NCBI GenBank assembly: GCA_026134085.1
Contig: JAOQIN010000020.1
Coordinates: 1-32,302, forward strand
Length of the DNA stretch: 32,302 nt
From: Candidatus Methanoxibalbensis ujae
GTDB taxonomy: Archaea > Halobacteriota > Syntropharchaeia > Alkanophagales > Methanospirareceae
Direction of reading: 5' to 3'
Positions 10,058-19,475 of the stretch are shown here, piece after piece. The notes below the pieces were generated by a model. The model did not search any database, was not told the origin of the DNA, and saw nothing but the letters and a program-made list of their open reading frames with translations. Positions within the stretch are counted from its first letter, which is position 1, and each line of letters begins with the position of its first letter. The position numbers and the translations under genes were made by a program.

Positions 10058-10474
10058 TCAGCGTGACATGATCAGAGCATCTTCGTCGCCGTAATAATTG
10101 GGAATTCTCGTTTTGAAAGTGAAGCCGAGTTTTTTGTAAAATTTTATTGCGGTTTCATTGCTCTCTCTCACCTCAACAACAGCTTTTCCTCCAGTTCTTT
10201 TCAGCACTTCATTCATAAGAGCCCTTCCTATGCCCTTTCTGCGCATTGACGGATGGACTGCAACGGATACAACATGTCCATCATCGTGAAATATGATATA
10301 TCCAACCACACGCCTTCGCTCTTCATCCTCGCATACAAGAAAATTCCGCGGAAGTGCAAACGCATAGAACATGAATGTGAACCTGCTGTAAGGGGTTTTT
10401 GGAAAAGCTTTCTTCTCTATCTCCATTATATCATCCAGATCTCGGCGCTCAAATCTCCTTATCCTCACCCGCAT
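10058..10474 (-). CDS. rimI: N-terminal acetyltransferase, RimI/Ard1 family (GNAT)
   Basis: IEKKAF, VAVHPSMRRKGIGRALM, EVRESNETAIKFYKKLGF, YYGDEDALIM. Confidence 0.88.
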   Translation of the reverse strand: MRVRIRRFERRDLDDIMEIEKKAFPKTPYSRFTFMFYAFALPRNFLVCEDEERRRVVGYIIFHDDGHVVSVAVHPSMRRKGIGRALMNEVLKRTGGKAVVEVRESNETAIKFYKKLGFTFKTRIPNYYGDEDALIMSR

Positions 10475-10554
10475 CTCTCATCCCGCCTCCCTTCTCATTT
10501 GTGATGTGCATAATGATGCGATGTGCTCGTGATGTGCATAATGATGCGATGTGC

Positions 10555-11403
10555 TCACAGCCGCATATGCTTGTAATCATTCAATGTCCTTCTCCTCATT
10601 TCGCCATCGGGGAAAACAGTTATCCATCCGCTCCTCCGCTCAATCCTGCGCTCAACCACGCAGCTCCTGCCTATGACAGCATCACTGAGATGCTTAGATG
10701 CGCGTGCATATGCACGTTTGAGGTCCTCCTCAGTTGCATCTCTTGAAATGTTCTCGCTGCTCATATGAGATCTAAATGGATTTATGCGAAAATCTATGCG
10801 CTCTTTGCTTATTTTATAAAGCGATGACACAAATTCAGCAATCTTTTCTATCTCATCATCACCAATAACATCAGGAATGAGAACGGTGTTTATTATGATT
10901 TTTGTCTTCTTGCTTGCATTTTTTATGTTTTCAATAATATTTTTGTTCGTGAATCCCGTATACCATATGTGAAGTGATTCATCATACGCCTTCATATCGA
11001 ACATCACCTCGCTCAATCCGGCTGATATCAATTCATCAAGGTAATCATCATCAAGCAAGAAACCGTTCGTGTCCAATATGATTTTGGAAGCGATATTTCG
11101 CAATTTTCTGACGAGATTTACCAGATATTCCCTGTGTAATGTGGGTTCTCCTCCAGTTATGACTGCTTCTTCAACATGATTGCATCCGTAATAGCGAATT
11201 ATTGCGTGATTTATCAGTTGTGATAGCTCATCAACACGCATACATTTGCCAACAGTATATCTTGCAATGCTGAAACAGCCCTTGCATCTGAAGTTGCACC
11301 CGGAAAGCGTGATCCACACGCGTGGTTTCACCTCGGAGAGTGTGATGAAGGGGACATGCCTGCATTTTTCTGCAATCGCTGCCGCGGCTTCATCACCGCT
11401 CAT
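10555..11403 (-). CDS. Radical SAM protein (PFL-activase-like)
   Basis: GCNFRCKGC (CX3CX2C), ITGGEPTL, LDTNG, FDMKAYD..H..YTG..N..I.EN. The ORF is open from 11472; ATG 11403 chosen as start. Confidence 0.88.
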   Translation of the reverse strand: MSGDEAAAAIAEKCRHVPFITLSEVKPRVWITLSGCNFRCKGCFSIARYTVGKCMRVDELSQLINHAIIRYYGCNHVEEAVITGGEPTLHREYLVNLVRKLRNIASKIILDTNGFLLDDDYLDELISAGLSEVMFDMKAYDESLHIWYTGFTNKNIIENIKNASKKTKIIINTVLIPDVIGDDEIEKIAEFVSSLYKISKERIDFRINPFRSHMSSENISRDATEEDLKRAYARASKHLSDAVIGRSCVVERRIERRSGWITVFPDGEMRRRTLNDYKHMRL

Positions 11404-11525
11404 GTATTTAGATTGTGATTCATAATACAAAGGCGCGCCACAGCTCAGGTGTGAAAATGAGGCAGGCGGCACATTACATCATAATATAACAGGTGTCATC
11501 CAAATCTTATATGGTGATTGGGATC

Positions 11526-11822
11526 ATGGCAAATATCAAAAATTTTAAGGAGAGGGGAGGGAAAAGGAGAGGAAATCTGCAGATAATCGCTGACATTCTG
11601 CGTGTCCTGGAGGACAATGGAGGTGCAGCCAGGAAGACTGAGATTGTTTACAGGGCCAATCTGAACGCAAAGCGTGCAGGCGTTTATCTCAACCTCATGG
11701 AGGAGAGGGGTTTTATCAGTCGTGACAATTTTTTATATTACATAACTGATAAGGGCAGAGATTTCCTGGCGAATTACCGGCAGATAGAAACAATATTGGA
11801 AGCGGCGTCGTGTGATCGCTGA
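11526..11822 (+). CDS. Archaeal winged helix-turn-helix protein
   Basis: RRGNLQIIADIL, KTEIVYRANLN, YL..M..RG, YYITDKGRDFL; divergent from the radical SAM gene. Confidence 0.88.
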   Translation: MANIKNFKERGGKRRGNLQIIADILRVLEDNGGAARKTEIVYRANLNAKRAGVYLNLMEERGFISRDNFLYYITDKGRDFLANYRQIETILEAASCDR

Positions 11823-12131
11823 GATTGAGATCATACAGCGTTGTGATTTTATCCTGTTGTTTGTTGTTTGGAGTGCGAGGTTGCACATCAGGGGCTTGAG
11901 CCCCGCCGTGAAGCTCTGGCTCCGGGCATCATTCCGAGCGGAGATGAATGACGCTTTCGCCAAATTTGATTCAGCCTTATTTATATGAGTCTCCGATTGA
12001 GCGGGATTTTGTGGGAAGGGAGATAAAGGAAAAGAATTTGCGTCGTCGCTTGGATTTTCTCAGCGGCAAGGTGTTGGTGGATAAGTGCTGGAGGACAGGT
12101 TCTGGAGGATGCACGAAATGCCTGTCCGAAG

Positions 12132-13265
12132 TTATTCATCCTCATGACCATGACGGCCGACGAGCGGGCAGACAGGGTCCTCAGCGAGGAAATCTCCGTG
12201 AACTGCAAACGCCCTTGAGCGGCAGCCGCCGCATATGTTGAGATATTTACACGATGAGCAATAACCTTTTATCGCCCTCTCCCGCAGTTTTTTGAACTCC
12301 GAAGAACTTCTGACAATTTCAAGAAAGCTTTTCTCGCGCAAATTCCCGACTTTAAGAGGCAGATAGGCGCATGGTGCCACATCTCCGTTGGGAAATATGT
12401 GGAAACGTGTGATGCCCGCTGTGCAGCCTACAAATTTTCTGCTCAAATTGTCATCAACAATGCCACATTCATGGAGAAATGCCCAAAACTGCGGGTTACA
12501 TATGGGCTTCAGCCATACTCCCGTGTGAGGCTGCATGCGCAGCACGAGGTTGAAGAATGCTCGGTCCTCTTCAGCAGAGAGACAGGCGTCTGAGATGTTC
12601 CTGCCGCGACCGACTGCGATCAGATAGATGAGGTATATGCGAAATGCATCAAGCTCATCGGCTAAGCGAATTATTCCGGGAATCTCCCCGTAGTTCAGCC
12701 GGGAGACTGTTGTGAACAGCTGAAATGCGAGACCTGCACGCTTGCATGCGCTTATCCCTTTCATCATCTCAGCGAATGCTCCACTCACACCTCTGAACTC
12801 ATCGTGGAATGATCCCACGCCGTCAATGCTTATCGCAGCCCGCTCAAGACCTGCTGATTTGAGCTTTCTTGCCACATCCTCGTTTATGAGCGTGCCATTT
12901 GTCGCCATCACAACCTGCATGTCAAATGATGCTGCATACTCAATCAGATCGTATATATCCTCACGGATAAGTGGCTCTCCACCGGTGAATGCAAACTTCA
13001 CATGCCCCATTTTCGCAGCCTCCTCTATCAGCGACATGCATTCGTCCGTTGAAAGCTCTTCATCGGGAAAATCGCTTATTGAGCAGTGCTTGCATGACAG
13101 ATTGCATCGCTTCGTAACGGCAATCACAACTTCAGCAGGCATATACGAGAAGCAACCAGTGCCGACAGTGTCGTTCGCGAATACCTTATCGCTGTTTGCG
13201 GCAAACCACTCCCTTATCGTCAACTTTTCTTCAGTCTCAGCCGCTGACAGTGCATCCAGCTGCAT
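12132..13265 (-). CDS. Radical SAM/SPASM protein (NirJ/AhbC/AhbD-like)
   Basis: CNLSCKHC, FTGGEPLIREDI, ATNGTLI, AISIDG..HD.FRG; SPASM GCTAG...GDVAPC...CSSCKYLNICGGCRSRA...DPVC. Confidence 0.88.
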   Translation of the reverse strand: MQLDALSAAETEEKLTIREWFAANSDKVFANDTVGTGCFSYMPAEVVIAVTKRCNLSCKHCSISDFPDEELSTDECMSLIEEAAKMGHVKFAFTGGEPLIREDIYDLIEYAASFDMQVVMATNGTLINEDVARKLKSAGLERAAISIDGVGSFHDEFRGVSGAFAEMMKGISACKRAGLAFQLFTTVSRLNYGEIPGIIRLADELDAFRIYLIYLIAVGRGRNISDACLSAEEDRAFFNLVLRMQPHTGVWLKPICNPQFWAFLHECGIVDDNLSRKFVGCTAGITRFHIFPNGDVAPCAYLPLKVGNLREKSFLEIVRSSSEFKKLRERAIKGYCSSCKYLNICGGCRSRAFAVHGDFLAEDPVCPLVGRHGHEDE

Positions 13266-13806
13266 CCTTCATCATCACCTCTGTTCTCCTCAACATTCAT
13301 CTCGCACCATGCGATATATATAGCGCCGACTTCGCGCCCACCGCAGCATTCAGCCTCAACGCACAGCATTCAGCCTCAACGCATAAGAGAATAAGAGATG
13401 AATTATATAATGAATCCGGAAAAGTTTACTTCAGATGGTGAAGGAATGGGAGGAATGATGGAGGAGTTGCGGTAATTATTGCCCAGCGCATGAGGTATAA
13501 ATATTGAGAGAAATTCTTACCAGTGGATTACAAAAAATGAGTGTGTTATAGATTGAGATTGTGGTTCGTAGTTCTGCTTTTCCGATATTATAATATTAAT
13601 ATTAAAGCGAATTAATAAATCAAATAATTAAACCAAATCAAATAAATTATGTCGGATCAAATTCCTAATATTAAACTAAATAATAAAACAATAAAATAAT
13701 AAAAAAACAAAAAAGAGCAACAAAATCAATGACCCAATGAGGAGCGCCTGAGCCTGTTGCCCTGCGATTGATGTTGTTACAGCTGAGTGGGCAGTATACA
13801 GATAAA

Positions 13807-14913
13807 ATGAGCATAACTGCGGAGATAAGGAGGATAGAGGAGGAGCTGCGCAATACACCGTACAACAAGGCGACAGAACACCACATAGGCAGGTTGAAGG
13901 CGAAGCTCGCGAGATTGCGAGGCGAACTGGAGAAGGAGCGGAGTCGTCGCAGCGGTGGAGGTGCGGCGCCTTTCAGGAAGGCAGGGGATGCCACTGTTGT
14001 TCTTGTGGGATTTCCCTCGGTTGGCAAGTCAACACTCCTGAACAGCCTCACGAACGCGTGCTCCGCGGTAGCGGAATATGATTTCACAACGATCTCAGTT
14101 GTGCCGGGAATGCTCAAATACAAATCCGCCGAAATTCAGGTGCTTGATGTGCCGGGCATCGTTGAAGGCGCTTCGTCAGGACGCGGTCGTGGCAGAGAAG
14201 TGCTCTCTGTAATCAGAAACGCTGACCTCATAATAATCGTAACAGATGTCCTTCGCTGTGATGTTCAGAAAATCATTGAGGAGCTGCGAAACGCCGGCAT
14301 CCGCATAAATGAATCTCCGCCAGCGGTGAAGATAGTGAAAAAGGCAAAAGGAGGAATATCTATATACGCTGACGAAATCCAGATTGAGGAGAAAACATTG
14401 CACGCAATACTAAAAGAATACAAAATACACAACGCAGATGTCTTCATTCGCGAGAAAAACATCACAATTGAGCGCTTCATAGATGCAATAGAGGGGAACC
14501 GCAGATATGTACCCGCCATAATTGCGGTAAACAAGATAGATATGCTTGATGACGGAGGAGCAGACGGGATCACGAGAATAATTGAGCGCATAAAAGGCGT
14601 TGATAAAAGTTCAATTCTGCCGATTTCAGCGGAAAAAGGGACGAACATAGAGATGCTGAAGGATATGATATATGAGAAGATGAGATTCATACGAGTGTTT
14701 TTGAGACCTCCCGGAAAACAGGTGGAGAAGGAGCCTATGGTGCTGCGTGAGGGTGCAAAAGTAGGCGATGTGTGCGATAAAATACACGGAAATATGAGGA
14801 GCAGGTTCAAATATGCACGTGTATGGGGAAAATCTGTCAAATATGACGGTCAGCGTGTGGGAGCGGAGCACGAGCTGTGCGATGGCGATACGGTCTCAAT
14901 ATTCGTCAGATAA
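13807..14913 (+). CDS. DRG/Rbg1-family (OBG superfamily) GTPase with C-terminal TGS domain
   Basis: TPYNKATEHHIGRLKAKLA, GFPSVGKSTLL, YDFTT, DVPGIVEGA, NKID, ARVWGKSVKYDGQRVG. Confidence 0.95.
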   Translation: MSITAEIRRIEEELRNTPYNKATEHHIGRLKAKLARLRGELEKERSRRSGGGAAPFRKAGDATVVLVGFPSVGKSTLLNSLTNACSAVAEYDFTTISVVPGMLKYKSAEIQVLDVPGIVEGASSGRGRGREVLSVIRNADLIIIVTDVLRCDVQKIIEELRNAGIRINESPPAVKIVKKAKGGISIYADEIQIEEKTLHAILKEYKIHNADVFIREKNITIERFIDAIEGNRRYVPAIIAVNKIDMLDDGGADGITRIIERIKGVDKSSILPISAEKGTNIEMLKDMIYEKMRFIRVFLRPPGKQVEKEPMVLREGAKVGDVCDKIHGNMRSRFKYARVWGKSVKYDGQRVGAEHELCDGDTVSIFVR

Positions 14914-15186
14914 TGCCGCTTCAGGCCATACATGCCTCATCATCTAAAGCCTCTTTACCCAAAACGCCGTCCTATCCAGTCTGCTCATCTGTCCCATCTC
15001 GCATGAGCGGGCGAAAGAAGACATGGCTTATGCACAGTATGTGCAGCAGACTTTCGGTTTTTGTGCGAAAACCTAAATTTTTTAGAACAACTTATTTCAA
15101 AAACTAAATTCAAATTGAAGTTATGGGAGCATTATTGTATGGAGGGAGCAATAAAGCGGTGCTTGACGGAGGTGAATGGTGGCGGA

Positions 15187-15462
15187 ATGCGTAAGAAGTT
15201 GAGTGATATGGTTCCCGGTGAGAGAGGAAGGGTTTTTCGTGTGGATGGAGAGATTCGTCGCAGGCTGATGGACATGGGCATTGTCAGGGGTGCGACTGTT
15301 GAGCTCGTGCGCAGAGCTCCGCTTGGAGATCCGGTTGAGATAAGCGTAAGAGGATACAATCTGTCGCTGCGTGGATCGGAGGCTGAGAAAGTTCATGTGG
15401 AAATATATGACAGCAGCGAAACTGAGATGGACGATACCGAGGCGTTGAGGAGAGATGAGTGA
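15187..15462 (+). CDS. feoA: Ferrous iron transport protein A
   Basis: IRRRLMDMGIVRG, RAPLGDPVEISVRGYNLSLR..EA. Confidence 0.93.
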   Translation: MRKKLSDMVPGERGRVFRVDGEIRRRLMDMGIVRGATVELVRRAPLGDPVEISVRGYNLSLRGSEAEKVHVEIYDSSETEMDDTEALRRDE

Positions 15463-15503
15463 GATGAATGAAATGAGTGAGATGAGTGAAATGAGGTGAT
15501 GAG

Positions 15504-15974
15504 ATGCGATCAAGAGGCAGGATATCTGGATTGAGGAGTTTGATAGAGCATTTGAGTGAGGATTTGAAGCATTTGCATTCTGATGTTGAGGATCTGAAAG
15601 AACAGGCAGAACAGAGCGAGACAGCAGCAACCGAGGAGTTCAGGAGGCGCCTCAATGAGGTTGACGAGCATCTTCACGATATTCTGAGGCACAGTGATGA
15701 GCTGAGAAGTGCTGTTCCTCTTGCTTATCTTTCTGATGGTGATGAGGGAGAGATTGTTGAAATCAGAGGTGGTGGGGGCATCACACGCAGGCTCATTGAC
15801 ATGGGATTCACTCCATCCACAAAAATTCGTGTGCTCAAGTCCTCACCGCCCGGACCCATGCTTCTCAGCGTGAGAGGAGCGAGGATCGCGATAGGCAGAG
15901 GTGTCGCGATGAAAATATTTGTGAGCTGTGACTGCGATCATAAATCATCCTGCGATCATAAATCTCAAATGTAA
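15504..15974 (+). CDS. feoA: FeoA-domain protein with His/acidic helical N-terminal extension
   Basis: C-terminal half RRLIDMGFTP..GPMLLSVRGARIAIGRGVAMKI is FeoA; the first ~70 aa are extra. Confidence 0.85.
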   Translation: MRSRGRISGLRSLIEHLSEDLKHLHSDVEDLKEQAEQSETAATEEFRRRLNEVDEHLHDILRHSDELRSAVPLAYLSDGDEGEIVEIRGGGGITRRLIDMGFTPSTKIRVLKSSPPGPMLLSVRGARIAIGRGVAMKIFVSCDCDHKSSCDHKSQM

Positions 15975-16006
15975 ATGGAGAATGGAGAAGAGTTGAAGGA
16001 GATGAG

Positions 16007-16723
16007 GTGAAAATGATAACCGCTGCACTCATCGGAAATCCCAATGTCGGCAAGACGGCTCTCTTCAACAGATTGACGGGTATGAAGCAGCATGTCGGAA
16101 ACTGGCCGGGCGTTACTGTTGAGAAGAAGGTGGGAAAATGTGTGCATAAAGGTGAAGAAATTATAATTGTTGATCTTCCTGGCATTTATAGTTTGACTGC
16201 AAATGCGATAGATGAGTTGATTGCACGAAATTATATTGTTGAGGAGCATCCTGATGTTGTAATAGATATTGTTGATGCGACAAATTTGGAGCGCAATCTG
16301 TATTTGACTCTTCTTCTGATTGAGCTTGAGGTCAAGTTGGTTGTTGCGTTGAACATGTGGGATGTTGTTCGTGAGCGTGGCACTGGGATAGATGTCAAGA
16401 TGCTCAGTGCATTTCTCGGCTGTCCTGTTGTTCCGACTGTTGCGACAACGGGTGAGGGAGTTGAGGCTTTGAAAGATGCGATCTTGAATGTTGCGAAGGA
16501 GAAAGGTGGGCGGAGAAAAGTGTTTTTCTCGTATGGAAGGGACATAGAGGCGTTGATAAAGCGTGTTGAGGAAGTGTTGCGCAGGGACAGGAGCATCGCA
16601 TCAAAATATCCCACGAGATGGTTCGCGATAAAACTCATAGAGCGTGATGAATGGGCATTGAAGAAAATAGAGGGAAGTCCCGTGAGGCAGATGGTGGAGG
16701 AAGCATTGAAGGAGGTGATATGA
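16007..16723 (+). CDS. feoB: FeoB N-terminal GTPase domain (stand-alone ORF)
   Basis: GNPNVGKT, VGNWPGVTVEKK, DLPGIYSL, NLERNLYL, ALNMWD; ends at TGA 16721-16723. Confidence 0.92.
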   Translation: MKMITAALIGNPNVGKTALFNRLTGMKQHVGNWPGVTVEKKVGKCVHKGEEIIIVDLPGIYSLTANAIDELIARNYIVEEHPDVVIDIVDATNLERNLYLTLLLIELEVKLVVALNMWDVVRERGTGIDVKMLSAFLGCPVVPTVATTGEGVEALKDAILNVAKEKGGRRKVFFSYGRDIEALIKRVEEVLRRDRSIASKYPTRWFAIKLIERDEWALKKIEGSPVRQMVEEALKEVI

Positions 16724-18046
16724 GTGAGCGCTGCCCTCAGCGACGGGCTCAGTGACGGGGACACTGAAGCTCTTATTGCGGAGAGGCGATATGAGATCAT
16801 ATCAAAGATAGTTTCTGAAGTCGTTAGGGAAAAGAGGAGGGAATGGACAAAAACAGACCTTTTTGATCATGTTTTTCTGCATAAAGTGCTCGGCATACCA
16901 ATATTTCTTGCCTTGTTATGGGCAGTATTCCAGTTCACATTCACATTTTCTGAGCCTTTTATGGTGATGATAGAGATTTTCTTTGGATGGCTCGGCACAG
17001 TTGCAGCGCAAAATATTGAAAATGAGATGATTGCATCGTTTGTTTCTGACGGAGTATGCAATGGTCTTGGATCTGTCCTCGTGTTTGTGCCTCCCATATT
17101 TTCGCTGTTCTTCGCGCTTGCGGTGCTTGAGGACAGCGGATATCTCGCGAGGGCGGCATTTGTGATGGATCGTTTGATGTACAGAATGGGTCTTCACGGA
17201 CGCTCTTTCATACCGTTGATGTGTGGTTTTGGTTGTAACATACCTGGAATAATGGCAACCCGCAGCATAGAGAGCGAGAAAGATCGCATGATAACCATAC
17301 TGGTAAACCCGTTGATGAGCTGTGGAGCGAGGTTGCCTGTTTATGTGCTCATTTCAGGTGTGATATTTGGAGGAGGTTATGCAGCTGGAACTGCTATATT
17401 CTGCATATATGTGCTTGGAATCGCGCTTGCAGTCATCATGGCGCTCATATTCCGCAGGACAATTTTCAGGGGAAAACCATCTGCGTTCGTGCTTGAGCTG
17501 CCGAGATACATTATGCCGACTGTGCGAAGCACGCTGATTCACACGTGGGAGCGCGGGAAGTATTTCCTGATGAAGGCTGGAACGATCATTTTCGGCGTGA
17601 TGATTGTTGTATGGTTTCTGACAGTGATGCCGTGGGATGCGACGAATGGCGGTGAAATCATAGAAAAATCGCTGATCGCTCAGTTCGGGAAGGTCATTGA
17701 GCCTGTTTTCAGACCATTTGGATGGGATTGGATGGCAGCTGTCGCCCTTTTCTTCGGTTTCCTCGCCAAGGAGGTTGTTGTGGGCACTTATGGACTGCTT
17801 CTCGGCGGAGGGGAGGAAGAGGAGGCTGTGAAGGATGCTCTCGCAGGCGTCTTCACGCCGCTTACAGGTTTTGCGTTCATGGCATTCACACTCATCTATG
17901 TGCCATGCGTCGCGGCAGTCGCAACAATTTACAGGGAGACAAACTCATTGAAATGGACAATATTCGCAGTGGCATATCTTGTCGCGCTTGCATTCATCGT
18001 CGCAGCAATCATAATCGGCATCGGACACCTGCTTGGATTTTCATGA
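16724..18046 (+). CDS. feoB: FeoB transmembrane (gate/permease) part (stand-alone ORF)
   Basis: LEDSGYLARAAFVMD, GFGCNIPG, MSCGARLPVY, AKEVVV, YVPCVA; GGAGGTGA SD at 16711-16718 precedes the GTG start. Confidence 0.9.
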   Translation: MSAALSDGLSDGDTEALIAERRYEIISKIVSEVVREKRREWTKTDLFDHVFLHKVLGIPIFLALLWAVFQFTFTFSEPFMVMIEIFFGWLGTVAAQNIENEMIASFVSDGVCNGLGSVLVFVPPIFSLFFALAVLEDSGYLARAAFVMDRLMYRMGLHGRSFIPLMCGFGCNIPGIMATRSIESEKDRMITILVNPLMSCGARLPVYVLISGVIFGGGYAAGTAIFCIYVLGIALAVIMALIFRRTIFRGKPSAFVLELPRYIMPTVRSTLIHTWERGKYFLMKAGTIIFGVMIVVWFLTVMPWDATNGGEIIEKSLIAQFGKVIEPVFRPFGWDWMAAVALFFGFLAKEVVVGTYGLLLGGGEEEEAVKDALAGVFTPLTGFAFMAFTLIYVPCVAAVATIYRETNSLKWTIFAVAYLVALAFIVAAIIIGIGHLLGFS

Positions 18047-18189
18047 TTTCCGCTGCGCCGTATGCATGATTGGATGATTGGGATTGGATGATTGGAGATT
18101 GGATGTTGGATGATCGCATGATTGCATGTGTTCTCGGCGGACAGGCGGATAGAGGAGGCGGATACAGAAGGATAAAGGAGGAGAATAAA

Positions 18190-18606
18190 ATGGAAGGATT
18201 TGAGATGGGAGGAAAAATATATGCGGCAGCTCTCGGTGCTCTTTACGCTGTTTTCGGCGTTATTGAGGTTGTGTTTGTGTTTTCGGGCACCGATGCACTG
18301 ATTCCAGCAGACTTCTTTGGAGGTCTCGTATCACTTGTCATCGCTTCAACATATCTGGCAGGAGTCAGGGACATGCGTGAGAACGATTTTCGCGGCATCG
18401 CAATGCTCATGGGAGGGCTTTTCCTCTCAGTCGTGTTCGGCGTCCTGTATCTGATGCTCATGTGTGCTGATTTTCTTATGTATGTGCTCGGAGAATCTGA
18501 GGAGTTCAGCGTGATCGCATCGCTCAGACCTGAGATATGGCTGTTCGTCGCCGCAATCCCTCTCGCATATCACACATGGCGCATGCTTAAGGATGTTCCC
18601 TGGTGA
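18190..18606 (+). CDS. Hypothetical membrane protein (about four TM helices), last gene of the feo cluster
   Basis: Hydrophobic segments; ATG 18190 preceded by AAGGAGG. Confidence 0.75.
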   Translation: MEGFEMGGKIYAAALGALYAVFGVIEVVFVFSGTDALIPADFFGGLVSLVIASTYLAGVRDMRENDFRGIAMLMGGLFLSVVFGVLYLMLMCADFLMYVLGESEEFSVIASLRPEIWLFVAAIPLAYHTWRMLKDVPW

Positions 18607-18689
18607 TTTAGGAGATTTAGGTGATTGAGCCCGGTAGATGCGATGAGTGAATTCCGCACTTGACGCCGTGGAGAGCGGGAAGAAATTCA

Positions 18690-19200
18690 AACTATCTCAT
18701 ATTTACGAGAGCCGAGAGCGTTCTCAATGGCTTTATATGCTTGACATTTTCCGGCTGAATGCCGAGAAGAGAACATGCGAAGCAGTCAAGTGCCACGACA
18801 TCATAACTTGCGATGATCATCCCGACACAGAACACTTCGCCACTGAAAGGACCGCCTCTCACACATATCGCATTACAGTCAAATCCGGCGCCCTGTTCAA
18901 CTTGAATATGTGATCATGCAACCCGGTGACATGAAAGCGAACCCTCTCAACATCGGGAATACAGCCTTTCATGTTCTTCATACCGGGACTCACCCTCGCC
19001 ATACGATGCTCTCTGGCACATTTATTGTAATCGCATTCAGGCACATCCCTGAATATGATACCTTTCCTGTGCAGAAATGCGAGAATGCATTCCAGAACAT
19101 CGGGATGCGTTGTCACACCCCCTCCAACTTTAGCAGTTGCGATGTTTGGCCTCACGATTATGTCAGCATTTTTGCTCAAATTAAAATATGTGACCCTGTG
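18690..19200 (-). pseudogene. DUF362-family protein pseudogene
   Basis: Fragments IIVRPN..GVTTHPDVL, KNMKGCIP..FH..GLH..PDL.VM and, in another frame, GPFSGEVFCVGMIIASYDVVALDCFACSLLGIQPENVKHI; frameshifted and internally deleted. Confidence 0.75.
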
Positions 19201-19370
19201 GCATCGGCGATGGGAGCGGCGATGGGAGGTTCCTCAGCCGCCTCATGACCTGACGCCATTGGATGTCCCATCTCCACCCAACAGAAGAGTGAGCTCACAC
19301 CGTCCACACCGTCTTTCTGCGACGGGTCGTCCGGCGATAAAACCAGCTCTCTCAGCCTTGCAGGTTGCAT

Positions 19371-19463
19371 TTCTTAAGACCTCATTTAAGCTTAAAAGGT
19401 AAAACACCTGCTGAAGCTTGCGGAATTGATTTGAATATAGAATTTTCATTCCACCAACAATAA
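19371..19463 (+). pseudogene. Inverted C-terminal fragment of the IS6 transposase
   Basis: Plus strand reads FLRPHLSLKGKTPAEACGIDLNIEFSFHQQ*, the continuation of ...IYYNFL that ends on the minus strand at 19476. Confidence 0.8.
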
Positions 19464-19475
19464 GTTAACAGAAAC

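Noticed and set aside
16721..16723. TGA in feoB as selenocysteine
   Set aside because: It falls in an inter-domain linker rather than at a Cys position, no SECIS was recognised, and an SD supports re-initiation.
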